NCBI GenBank assembly: GCA_051294375.1
Contig: CM119265.1
Location: 5,438,556 to 5,502,555 of the forward strand
DNA length: 64,000 nucleotides
Reading direction: 5' to 3'
Origin: Paraspadella gotoi
Taxonomy: Eukaryota > Animalia > Chaetognatha
Shown here: positions 22,474-35,600 of the stretch, piece by piece
Numbering within the stretch: the stretch's first letter is position 1
Layout: every line of letters begins with the position of its first letter
The notes under the pieces: model-generated
Databases searched by the model: none
What the model was told of the DNA's origin: nothing
What the model saw: only the letters and a program-made list of their open reading frames with translations
Translations under genes and position numbers: made by a program

Positions 22474-24329
22474 ATGAATTTCTCGTTCGCCGGGTGCGGA
22501 TTTTTGGGCGTTTACCACATGGGCGTGGCCGCCTGTTTGCAGAACAACGTGCCGGATCTAGTGGACAGGTGCAAGTTCGCCGGGGCGTCGGCCGGTGCCA
22601 TAACTTGCACCTGGCTCCTACTTCACGGCGACATGGGTAGGTCTTGCTGGAGTTTGTTTGATTTTTTTTATTTCCGTAGACTTTTAAAGTTTTTCAATTT
22701 TGTCGTTTCTAGGAGAGGCCATGGAGGACACTTTGGCCATCGTGACCTCAGCTAAGGAGACACCTTTCGGCCCCCTGCACCCTTCCTTCAAGGTCGTCGA
22801 CAAACTCCGACAAGGTTACATTTTGGCCAGATGAATATTTCATGAATGGATCCATCGTTGGTTTTGAAATTCCGAGTGTTCCCTCGACGATTTCAGTTTA
22901 AGTTAAATTAAATGATGTATTAAACTAAAAAAAATATTTCAAGGGAGCACCCGGAATTGAACCGAGGACCTCTCGATCTGCAGTCGAATGCTCTGCCGCT
23001 GAGCTATGCTCCCGACGTTGTGTGTAATCTCTTTGAATAAAATGGCTTTCAAGGCCCCATCGTTGCCAGCATATAACTAATTTAGTAATAGCTGTGTATC
23101 AATAATACTCTGAATGCTTTACCACTTTCCTACCCACTACTATTAAATAAAAATTGGTCTCCACATAACAGTGACGCGTAATTGTTATCGAGCCCATGAC
23201 CGGCGCAAGCCGGGTCAGCTCTATAATGTTTTAGTATTGCTTCTCTTTGTGACGTAGTCGTCGTCGTCGTCGGCGCTCACCTTTTGTATAAAAAACTACT
23301 ACTGCGCTTTTATAGTTTTTTGGCTGGACTTTCCGTTTTTTTTTAAAATAAAATTATTAATGAATTATTAATAAAGTTTAAAAGTGTGCGATCATAAGTA
23401 AGTTAAAAAATTAGATATGGCTTCCATTGAACTAGCTTTTGATATTTTCTATTAATTTGGGATTTAAGTATTTTTTGTTTTGAATTTCACTTAAATTATG
23501 ATTTACGCAATATCCAAATGAGATTATAGTACTCCCATTATATATCAAATTTAGTTATGAATCTTTAGCTATTTCACACACCCTATTCGCGCCCCACAAC
23601 CGTACTCATACCCCACCTCACCTTCCCCGCACCAGACTGACCATCTCACACCCACCCACACACCCCTCCCTCCCCCCCCCCTCCTCCTTCATCTCAACAC
23701 TCCGTCTCATCCACCTCCTCCACCATCCCCCCCACCCCCCCACACACCTCCCCACCCGCCCCCGCACACCACCCCACCCCCCCCCCTCCACCCCCACACC
23801 CCACACCCCCACCCCACCCCACCCACCCGCCCCCGACCTTTTTCCCCCTCCCCTCCACCCCCTCCCCCGCCCCCCCACACCACGAGAAGCCCTCCCCCAC
23901 CTCCATCACACTCTCACCCGCCTCTCACATCCATCCGTATACCACCTCAAACATCAACAACCATACCAACCCACTCTCTCCTCTCACCCACCACCCCACC
24001 CGCCCCCACACTCCAACGCGACCTCTCGCGAAAAATCTGCGACAAGTCTTCATTCGTACACTGCTCAAATCCTCTTGCCCTTTATTTATTATTTTTAATT
24101 ATATATATTTTTTTTTTAGGTCGCTGCCTTTTTGAATCATTTAAAAAACGAGTTCAGTTTCTCTTGTCTCTCTTTGTGTGCGATCTCTTGCGTGATCGTT
24201 CGTTTTTTGAAAAATTCTGATTATTTTTTTCTTTCTAAAAAACATATATATTGATCAGGCGCGGCCTTTTCTGAATCGTTTAAAAAAAACGAGTTCAGGC
24301 TCTCTCTCTCTCTCCCTCCGTCTCCCTCC

Positions 24330-24373
<44 letters not shown>

Positions 24374-24737
24374 TTTTTACAAAAAAAAAATTATTCACTT
24401 TGTTTTACCACCGTTTTTGAAAAATTCTTATGATTCTTTCCTTCTAAAAACTTTTATTATCGCCATTTATTCCGCGCTTCTTTCTCAATACAAAATCCCA
24501 ATTTACATCTGAGATTTTTCGTGGATTTTTTTGAGAAAATGTGAAGAATAACTTACTTGACCTGGATTTCGTGGCCGTTGCGGGGGCAACGAGTAAACTA
24601 TGTCGAGGAACATGACCTAATAACGCGTTTTGATGGCAACGGAAACGTTACGTGTATAAAAAAAATCAACTTGACCGAGATCACGCGATATTAAAACAAG
24701 GTGGACCTAATATTGCGTATCGTTGGCGGGAAAACTT

Positions 24738-24800
<63 letters not shown>

Positions 24801-24849
24801 TTACAAAAAAAAAAATTTATTCACTTGTAAACGAGTAAACGAGTTCCGG

Positions 24850-24893
<44 letters not shown>

Positions 24894-25124
24894 TTCTCTC
24901 TTCTTCTCTCTATCTGTCTCTCTCTCTCTTTCTCTTCTTTCTATCTCTTTTTTTTGTACAAAAATAATTTTTAGTCACCTTTTTTTCACCTCCGTCATTA
25001 AACGAGTTCCGGCTCTCTCTATCTCTCTCTCTCTCTTTTTTTTTTACAAAAAAAAATTTTTTAGTCACTTTTTTTTTCACCAGGGCGACGAGTAAACGAG
25101 TAAACGAGTTCCGGCTCTGTTCAG

Positions 25125-25172
<48 letters not shown>

Positions 25173-26447
25173 ACGTCGTTCGTTTTTGAAAAATTCTTAT
25201 TATTTTTTCCTTCTAAAAACTTTTTTATCGCCATTTATTTTTTTTTCTCTATACAAAATCCCAAATTTACATCCGAGATTTTCCATGGATTCATTTTAGA
25301 AAAAAATGCAGGCAATGTCACATGTACATCAGCTTGCTGCTGTACATATAGCTGTTATATGTCCGGCAAACTGCGCGGATTAATTTAATTGCATATATAA
25401 CTTTCTACCAAAAAAAAATTTTTGTTTTTGTTTATTACTGTAACTTTGGACCGGTCGGCCCACTATTGGCAAATTATATCTAAAATAGGAGTTGAGAAGA
25501 GAGATATTGTCAAATTAAACATTACTTTTTTTGTTATTCTTAACAATTTTTATACAATTTTTAAAATTGTAAATTTTTTTAGTGTTAAATATATTTAATC
25601 ATTTTATTCTTTTTTAAAAATAATATTATTTGAGTTGGGATAAATATTTATAAAATTAAGTTAAATATGCAAATATGAAATTTGACCTCGGTTGGTTTTC
25701 TCTTAAAAAAAAAGAACAATCTAAAATTTCATTCTAGATTAAAAATTTTTAAGATGAGGACCTAAATTTTTTTTTGATAAGTAAAAAAAATATTAGAAAG
25801 GAAAAGAGTTCGTCCCTACTCAGATACGTCGAAAAAACGAGTTCAGCTCTGCAGCGGGCGGTCCAGCTTCTCTCTATCTTTCTCTCTCTCTTCTTCTTCT
25901 CTCTCTCTCTCTCTTTTTTCTTTCTATTTATTCCGCCATTTATTCCCGCGCTTTTTTCTCAATACAAAATCCCAAATTTTACATCCGAGATTTTCGTGAA
26001 TTTTTTTCAAAAAATTTTGATTATTCTTTATATAAACGAGAGGTGAACAACTGACCAGCCTCTCTCACTCTTTCTCTCTCTCTCTCTCTTCATATGACTT
26101 AAACGTGTGCAAACTAAAGGACAAATAACGCAATGCCACGCCCCCTTCGAATTGGCAGATTTCGAGAAACGTCTCCCGCCCGACGCTCACATTCGTTGCT
26201 CTGGCCGATTGGCGATTTCCCTCACTCGTGTCCCCGACGGAAAAAACGTCGTTGTGTCTCACTTCCGGTCGAGGGATGACCTCATCCAGGCGATCTCTTG
26301 CGTGATCGTCTCGTTTTTTTGAAAAATTCTGATTATTTTTTTCTTTTCTAAAAAACAAATATATTTGATCAGGCGCGGCGCCTTTTCTGATCGTTTAAAA
26401 AAAACGAGTTCAGGCTCTCTCTCTCTCTCCCTCCGTTCTCCCTCCGT

Positions 26448-26487
<40 letters not shown>

Positions 26488-26876
26488 TTTTTTTTACAAA
26501 AAAAAAAATTATTCACTTTTGTTTTACCACCGTTTTTTGAAAAAAAATTTCTTACTGATTTCTTTCCTTCTAAAAAAAACTTTTTATTATGCCATTTATC
26601 TCCGTGCTTCTTTCTTCAATACCAAAATCAAATTTAATCTGAGATATTTTCGTGATTTTTTTGAGAGAAAATGTGAAGAATAACTTTACCTTGACCTGGA
26701 TTTCGTGGCCGTTGCGGGCAACGAGGTTAAACTATGTCGAGGAACATGACCTAAATACGCGTTTTTGATGGCAACGGAAAGTTACAGTTGTATTAAAAAA
26801 AAAAATCAACTTGACCGAGATTCACGCCGATATAAACAAGGGATGTGACCTAATATATTCGCGTATCGTTGGCGGG

Positions 26877-26907
<31 letters not shown>

Positions 26908-27013
26908 CTCTTTCTCCTCTCTCTCTTCTCTCTCTCTCTCTTTTTTTTTACAAAAAAAAAAAATTTTTATTCACTTTGTAAACGAGTAAACGAGTTCCGG
27001 CTCTCTTCTCTCT

Positions 27014-27044
<31 letters not shown>

Positions 27045-27303
27045 TCTCTCTCTCTCTCTCTTCTAGTTCTCTCTATCTGTCTCCTCTCTTCTCTTTCTCT
27101 CTTTCTATCTTCTTTTTTTTGTACAAAAATTAATTTTTAGTCACCTTTTTTTTCACCTCCGGCTTCTATTAAACGAGTTTCCGGCTCTCTCTATCTCTCT
27201 CTCTCTCCTTTTTTTTTTTACAAAAAAAAAATTTTTTTAGTCACTTTTTTTTTTTCACCAGCGACTGAGAGTAAACGAGTAAACGAGTTCCGGCTCTGTT
27301 CAG

Positions 27304-27349
<46 letters not shown>

Positions 27350-28506
27350 ACGATCGTTTCGTTTGTTTTTTGAAAAAATTCTTATTATTTTTTCCTTCTA
27401 AAAAACTTTTATTATCGCCATTTATTTTTTTTTCTCTATACAAAATCCCAAATTTACATCCCGAGATTTTCATGGATTTCTTTAGAAAAAAATGCAGCAA
27501 CAATGTCACATGTACATCAGCTTTGCTGCTGTACATAAAGCTGTTATATGTCCGGCAAACTGCGCGGATATTAATTTAATTGCATATATAACTTTCTACC
27601 AAAAAAAATTTTTTTGTTTTTGTTTATTACTGTAACTTTGGACCGGTCGGCCACTATTGGCAAATTATATCTAAATAGGAGTTGAGAAGAGGTGATATTG
27701 TCAAAATTAAACATTACCTTTTTTTGTTATTCTAACAATTTTTTACAATTTTTAAAATTGTAAATTTTTTTAGTGTATATATTTTAAATCATTTTTATTC
27801 TTTTTTAAAATAATAATTATTTGAGTATGGGAAATAAATATTTTTATAAATTAGTAAATATGCAAATATGAAAATTTGACCTCGGTTCTGGTTTTCGTCT
27901 TTAAAAAAAAAGAACAATCTAAATTTCATTTCTTAGATTAAAACTTTTTAAGAATGAGGGACCTAAATTTTTTTTTTATAAGTAAAAAAAATATTAGAAA
28001 GGAAAAGAAAGAGTTCGTCCCTACTCAAATACGTCGAAAAAACGAGTTCAGCTCTGGCAGGGCGGGTCCAGCTTCTCTCTATCCTTTTCTCTCTCTTCTC
28101 TATCTCTCTCTTCTCTTCTTCTCTCTTTTTTTTCTTTCTATTTATTCCGCCATTTTTTCCGCGGCTTTTTCTCAATACAAAATCCCAAATTTTACATCCG
28201 AGATTTTCGTGAATTTTTTTTCAAAAAATTTTTGATTATTTCTTATATAAACGAGAGTGGAAAACTGACCAGCCTCTCTCACTCTTTCTCTCTCTCTCTC
28301 TCTTCATATGACTTAAACGTGTGCAAACTAAAGGACAAATAACGCAATGCCCACGCCCCCTTCGAATTGGCAGATTTCGAGAAACGTCTCCCGCCCGACG
28401 CTCACATTCGTTGCTCTGGCCGATTGGCGATTTCCCTCACTCGTGTCCCCGACGGAAAAAACGTCGTTGTGTCTCACTTCCGGTCGAGGGATGACCTCAT
28501 CCAGGC

Positions 28507-28568
<62 letters not shown>

Positions 28569-28588
28569 AGAGAAGAAGAGAGAGAAAG

Positions 28589-28623
<35 letters not shown>

Positions 28624-28663
28624 CGAGAGAGGAGAGAGAGAGAAAGAGGGAGAGAGAAAAGAG

Positions 28664-28706
<43 letters not shown>

Positions 28707-31700
28707 GGGAGAGAGAGAGAAGANNNNNNNNNNNNNNNNNNNNNNNNNAGAGAGAGAGAGGGAGAGAGAGAGAGAAAGAGATGTAAAATTCTCCCAGGAA
28801 CTAAAACCGGGACTGGTTCGGACTGGTTACTCTCTCTCTATCTCTCCTAAAAAAGTAATCTTTTTTGCGTAACTACAATCTTAAGAAAACCTACTGCAAT
28901 CTCTCTCTCTGCAAAACCTCGACTTATCGAGAATAATTTAGCGAACTTAAAACTCTCTCGTCAACTGACAGAAACAACTTTTGTCTTTACGATTTTTTTT
29001 AAATTTCGTAAACGACTGTACTGCTGGCATAAGTTACGTCACGATTTTAAAACTGGAAGAACCATTTGTATTTCGACTCTCGCTTCTTCGCCTCAAATTG
29101 CTCCTCCACTCTCGTCGTAACTCTGGCGCCCTCTTCCAAAATTTCTCGCGGTAGCTCCCGCATGAATTGATCCAGGAACTCTTTTCTCATTGTCTTTGAG
29201 TCACGGGAGTTGACGAGCTTCTGGGCGCGTCTCGCCGCTTCTCCCACGCCCTCCGTGCCGCCTTTGACGATCTCGGTTATTACGGCGTCAAAGTTTCGGT
29301 CGCTGAGCGTCTGTTCAGAGACGGCCAGCGTCTCTTCGACGTTGTATGCCTGTAGTGAAAGAAAATTAGTTGTTTATGAGATTCGTTTGAGAAATGATTG
29401 AGCAACGCTACTTAGAGCGACCATCTACATTACTTGATGGTACCATCCGGATGGAATAAGGACAACATCTCCGGGATATTGATCGAATTCCATGATGGAT
29501 TCGGATGCCAATGATTTCTTCCCAATCGGAGAAAACAGATCCAATTCACTGTTGTACTTTATGCAGTCCAATGGAAAGTTGCACCTGATTTAAAAAAAAT
29601 TGTAAAATTCACGGTTTTTCTTACTAATTCGCTTGAAGGAATGAGTATATTTCTTTTCTCACCTCTGTCCTTCAGCCACCTTCAACGTCCCTTCATTCCC
29701 CGGCACCACCAACTTCCACCGTTTCCGGCCCCAAATGACCGTCGAAATTCCAGTCCAATTGTAAGGGTCCACGTGGAGCGGTGATCTCGACCCGCGAGAA
29801 CCCCAAAGGAGCATCCTGTCCCATGGACGGATCTGGGAGGGGCGGTGGGTTCAGAGGGTGTGCCGTGAGGGTCTGGTTTTAGGAGGCGGTCGGAGACTGA
29901 TTGTTTATTTTCTTTTTTAAATCCGTTTTCCTCCTTACTTCCTCCGCGAATCGATCGAAGAGGTCTTCGCCCTTGACGTCGCCCAGCTGCGCCCGAAGAT
30001 CCGGCTGTGTTCGGAGGAAGTGCTCGTCCTCGATGTAAACCCAGTCGTCCGCGTTGTCGCTCGTGTTATTAGAAGCTTCGACGAACCACTTCAAAGTTTC
30101 TATGGAGCCTGAAAGGAAGCGACATTCTATAATCTATAGTCTCGGCGCGAAATGAAGCAAAGAACCATCATTAACCAAAGAGGGCTCACCAGATGTCTCT
30201 CCCGCTTCTTTACTCTTCACCATAACTAACTCGTCGCCAAACTTCTCAACGAACCACTTCCGAGTCCACGAGAGTGCCGGCCAATCAGCGGCCGCCTTCC
30301 TCGCGACAGCCGGCCAATCATCGTCGAAGTCTTCATCCACCCGACGAAAATCTTCGGCGCGAATCTCGACGATGCTTTTCGACCGCGCTGGCGCCTTCGA
30401 GTCTTCGACGAACGGTTGCGAGGATCTCCAGACGGAAGCAAGATGGATGATGAGCATTAAGATGAGGGAGGATTGTTTGAAGAGGCTCGTCCACCGAGGT
30501 TTGATCGAGAGAGCGGCGAAGTGGGCGGCGAGATCTGCGGAAGAGTCGGACGGAGGACGATCGAGATCCTTGTCGGAATGCGCATGCCGACGATTTCGAA
30601 TCCCGTCGACTGTCGCTTCGAAACGGATTCCATAATCTTCATTTTCGACGGATTTTGCGTCTCGAGCGATCTCGAAATTCGTTTCCTCTTCGACTTCCGA
30701 ATTGTCATTTTGGTTTCTCAAATACGCGATGTCTTTTGTTGTTTCGATCGCGAAATTGTTTTCCTTTTCTTCGACTAGAGGCGACGCGGCGCCACTGTCG
30801 ACGCCGCTGTCGTCGTCGACGCTCCTTTGTTTCGCGTTCATCAATTCAATTGCGACATCAAATCACCGCTTTTAAAAATAAAGAGGGCGTTTTAAATAGG
30901 TCGAAAACAAAAGATATAGATTATGAATATGGATACATGCCAACACAAATGTGGGAGAGAAAGAATGCATTGATTATTTTTGATTCGTAAAAAATCAGAA
31001 AACTTTCCCGACGGATAAAGTTTAATTTTCTTGACTCTTCTCCTCTCTTCATGTGTTTTTGTTTCGTTCAGGAAAGCCTTCGAAAATTGTTTATCTCTTT
31101 TTCTCTTTGATAGTTTACCGAGTCTTAAGAGAATGTCTATCAAATGAAGTCGGAGATAAAGTAACCAATGAAAGTGTCGTAGAAAATCCATTCAAGAAAG
31201 ATTAGGTAACTGAGAGAGAAGGATGGGATGCGATGCGAAGGGGAATTGGGGGGGGGGGGAGATGGGAGAGAGAAAACAAAGCTAAAGCAATTCAAATATT
31301 TTTTTAATTATAATTAATATGTAGTTTACAAAAAACTACTGAGACGGAAACGTATGATACGAGAAAACATCAGAAAGATGTACGAGGGAACATCCGGATT
31401 TGAACCGGAGACCTCTCGATCTGCAGTCGAATGCTCTACCGCTGAGCTATGCTCCCATGAGTTATTTCACTTATGATGTAATACTAATACCGGTTGAGTG
31501 TATTATTAAACATATTCGAAAGTAAAAAATAGGGACACATCAATACCACCATCTCTCCAGGGAACACCCGGATTTGAACCGGGGACCTCTCGATCTGCAG
31601 TCGAATGCTCTACCGCTGAGCTATGCTCCCATGAGTTTTTCAACTTACGATGTTAAGTAATACTAGTACAAGTTGAGTGTATTATTAAACAATTATTTGC

Positions 31701-32631
31701 ACATTTTCAAAATAAAATATATGGATACATTCTTACCACTGTTGCATCAGGGAGCACCCGGATTTGAACCGGGGACCTCTCGATCTGCAGTCGAATGCTC
31801 TACCGCTGAGCTATACTCCCATACATAGTAGTCTAAAGGTAATCTAAGTGCATATTAATTAATTACTGCTGAATGTATTATTAAAGCTTTCTCTTTATAA
31901 AATTAGAGTGCAGCTAACCATTTTTCCAATAATTATGAAATGCAATAATTATTACTCCGAATACGTCTTTCTTCCAGGGAACACCCGGAATTGAACCAGG
32001 GACCTCTCGATCTGCAGTCGAATGCTCTACCGCTGAGCTATGTTCCCTGAGATCCTTTTTGCCTCCCAGTTCCGCTAATATTTACCCACTACTTGACAAG
32101 GCTTATAAACTATAATGTAAACATTTCTATTTTCAATTTCCATACACAATCGACAATCAGGCGAGGCCTGGTTAATTCTCGCCCGGCTCACCGAAAAATG
32201 ACGAGCGCCTGAGTGATGCATTCGATCAAAGAGTTTTGCCTGATGGCGGATGCGGCAGAGAAGACGGATTTGTCAAAGGCGAAGCAGAGCTCCTTCTCTC
32301 GCTCCGTTCTGGTGATGGGGTCGGAGAAATATGAACGATTAAATACGGATTGAAAAATAAGATAAGATAAGATAAGATAAGATAAGATAAGATAAGATAA
32401 GATAAGATTTGCAAAACAGAAAGAAAATACAGAGAAGATTTTAAAAAAGGGGACAAGCGAAAATATTCGTTGACATGACAGCTATGATTAAAAGCAAAAA
32501 TCGTTTCATATTGTCGACCTTTTTTCGGCCTTTCTCAAATCCGATATATTTTCAAGGTCGTTTTTTATTCAATTTTTATATATGAATACTGATCCGATTA
32601 ATACTAATGCAGAATGCACAGCATAATACAT

Positions 32632-32693
<62 letters not shown>

Positions 32694-35600
32694 CGAGAGA
32701 GGAGAAACGCACCGAAAGTTTTGTGCCTCGCAAAATTCCTGGCCGTTATTGTAGGCGTCCGAGAGTTTTCGCCCGTTGTAAAAAGCGTCGGAACAGTTTT
32801 GGAAGACCATGTCGCAAAAGTCCTTGCAAACAATTGCTTGGTCGTCCACGTACCTGTTATAAGGCAAAACTCTAGTGATTGTAAACTAATTAGTGACTGC
32901 CATTCCTCGTTGCTATACAAATAGGATTCAAATTCCAGATAGTAGCCCACCAAAGATATTGCTCGGGCGAGCACCAAAAGCACATCAGGTAGTTGAGGGT
33001 GTTCTTGCAATCCTTGGAGGCGCCGTAAATTTTAAACATGGATTTAAAGACTGCCGTCACTTCTGTGCGGCGACAGCAGGCGTTGGAGGAATACCTGCAC
33101 AAAGGATTTTCTTAATTATTTCAAATGGAAAATCCTCGATTTACCTGTAAATATTTTTTTTTTTTTTATCGAAGCTAAAAAATAATGTAGAATTTTAAAC
33201 AAAGAATCGCTTGACTCTTTTGACAAAAAAAAACTAATATAAAGGTCAAGTACTCATTTTACCTTTAAGTCACCCAAGGTCTTTCAGTGTTCACTCGTCA
33301 GAAAATACATTCTTTCGATCAAATTTTTATTAGAAAATTGCTCAAGATTACAAATCAGCTGATTTCTAATCAGCAAAGTTGGCGAGTCAGGGCTTTAAGC
33401 CTTCGCTTTAGCTATAGGTCCCATTTTTTTTCTCTAGACAGTTGTAGTTATATCAAGTTCTATCTTGTTTCATTCTTACAACCCTGTGACTTATTAGGAA
33501 AAAGTTTATTATGTATCAATTTTTATACATTTCTTCTTTCTCCAAATTTCCATCCCCTTCTTCCGCGCCTCATCCCTTCACCTACCAAGTGCAGTTTTCC
33601 AAATTGGACTGAGGTTCCGGGTATCGGAATCCGTGAAAGTAGGTGCAAGGATTTTGGGCGGAGGCAGAGTACTTGTTGTCGTATCTCGACAATTCCGTCA
33701 GGCTGATCAAGTCGTCTTCGGCGAGCAGCTCCGAGCCGAAACCCGACAAGAGAACCTTCAAACAAAATGGATTTTGGTTGATCTTGGATACTTTTCGTTC
33801 TTAATTCGAATATAGAATGCAGTCATTAAAAAGAAAAAAAAACCAAAACCAATAAAATACTCACCCTTTGCTCCTTCATCGAGAATTCATTATTCATCTC
33901 CACACAGTTCATTAAGGTGGCCAGAAATAGCAACAGGGAAAGTTCAGCTGATCCAGGGCCCATTTCGAGAGTCCAGGGGGATTGAAAGCGGGAGATGTTG
34001 GCTAATTGTTTTTCGTTCGTTCAATTTCGATCCTTTTTTCGGATTTGTTATCGAGAGAAAGAAAAGAGCGACCGATATGTTTACGTTGCGGGGTTGAAGC
34101 AAAAACTAGCGATCCGTTTATCTGCCTAGATTTTGTGACGCTCAAGATGTGACTCGTTCAGAAGGTTGAAGACGCTTTCTCTTCCCCATGACTTTACAAA
34201 TGAATGGGATGCTCTTCTTCCGTATTTCACTCCCCCCTCTCTATCTCTTAAAGTATTTTTTTTTTCTTGTGACGCCCGGCATCAGCACGCGTAAAAAAAC
34301 GAGCGCGCGGAAGTCCGGGAGCCATGTTGAAATGAGAAAACAAAAGACGTGCGAAACCTTAGCATGAAATTTCAAGAAGACAAAAAGTTATTAGAATTAT
34401 GAAAAAAAAAGGAAAGGAATACTTTTTATAGTTCTAGCTTCTTGAATAAGTAACTGAACGGCTAGAAATTAGTTATGAATTTCGAAAAGTATTCAAAATT
34501 AAATTTGTAAAATTTTTAGGCGCTGCTTTGCACGTCGTTCGTACCAATTTGGTCGGGTTTCGTTCCGCCAGAGTTTAGAGGAGAGGTAATGACTTTTGAA
34601 TTTATTTAAGTGATTAAAGATGAACGTTACCCCCAACGAACAGTTTCCTAACTTGCAATCTCGCTGAATCCGAATTCCCCCCCCCCCAGCGATACATCGA
34701 CGGCGGCCTCAGTGACAATCTTCCTGTCCTCGACGACCACACCGTCACAATCTCGCCTTTTGCCGGCGAGAGCGACATCTGCCCCAAAGACATGAGCAGT
34801 TGCGACATTCACATGCTGTTGGCCAACACCAGCATTCGTTTCACGCAAGTTAGATTTATAAGGGAGAAATTCCTGAAAAAAAAAGGTTTTAATTTAGCAT
34901 AAAATGATTTTTGCCAAAGCCATGATTAATCAATCATAAAAAACTCAAACCGCCACCGAAAAGAAATAACGAATTTGTTTAAAAGGTCCACAACAAAATT
35001 TTATTTCCTCTTACCCGTACAGTAAAGTGATCTTCAGAGAGAATGGATTATAAAAGTTATGATGATGATGATGCAACCAAAAAAGAAAAAAAAGAAAAAA
35101 ACAATATTTATTAAAAACTTCGTTAATTTATTTTCTTATCCAGTCGAACTTTTATCGAATGTCCAAAGCCTTCGTCCCTCCAACCACCGATGTCCTCATC
35201 AAACTCTGTCATCAAGGATACAGCGACTGCTTGCGGTTTCTCGAAAAGAACAGTTAAGTCGGTTTTAAACATTTAGATTATTTGTTTGTTTTTTAAATCT
35301 TCGTCTTTGGGTTCGTGCCAAGCGCTTTATATCAATTCTGTCCCCTTTTATTACTTACCAACGTATTGACTTACCCTCAGATCTACTGAGCTGCCGAACT
35401 CACTCGAGTCTTCGTCATTCGTTCAGCGCCTGTGATTCCGCTCCGAGAAGACGAGTTCGCCGCAGCCTCTCCGCGAATAGGGTAAGTGTGGGTTAAATCG
35501 CACGAGCACTATTATTTTTAAATTTTAAACCGAATTTCTTGTTGCGACTGTTTTATCTTCTAATGATTAAATCTTTTAATCAAGGCAGTATTAAAAAACA

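Noticed and set aside
23590-24015. G-quadruplex / i-motif regulatory tract
   Set aside because: Aperiodic C-rich sequence next to an assembly anomaly; probably a low-quality read segment.
24181-28504. Duplicated PNPLA exon 3 as mutually exclusive exons
   Set aside because: The exon copies are essentially identical, copy 2 is full of read-type insertion errors, and the segment is flanked by junk sequence and a gap.
31385-32047. Functional link between the tRNA-Cys cluster and neighbouring Cys-rich genes
   Set aside because: Eukaryotic tRNAs act in trans; proximity gives no mechanism.
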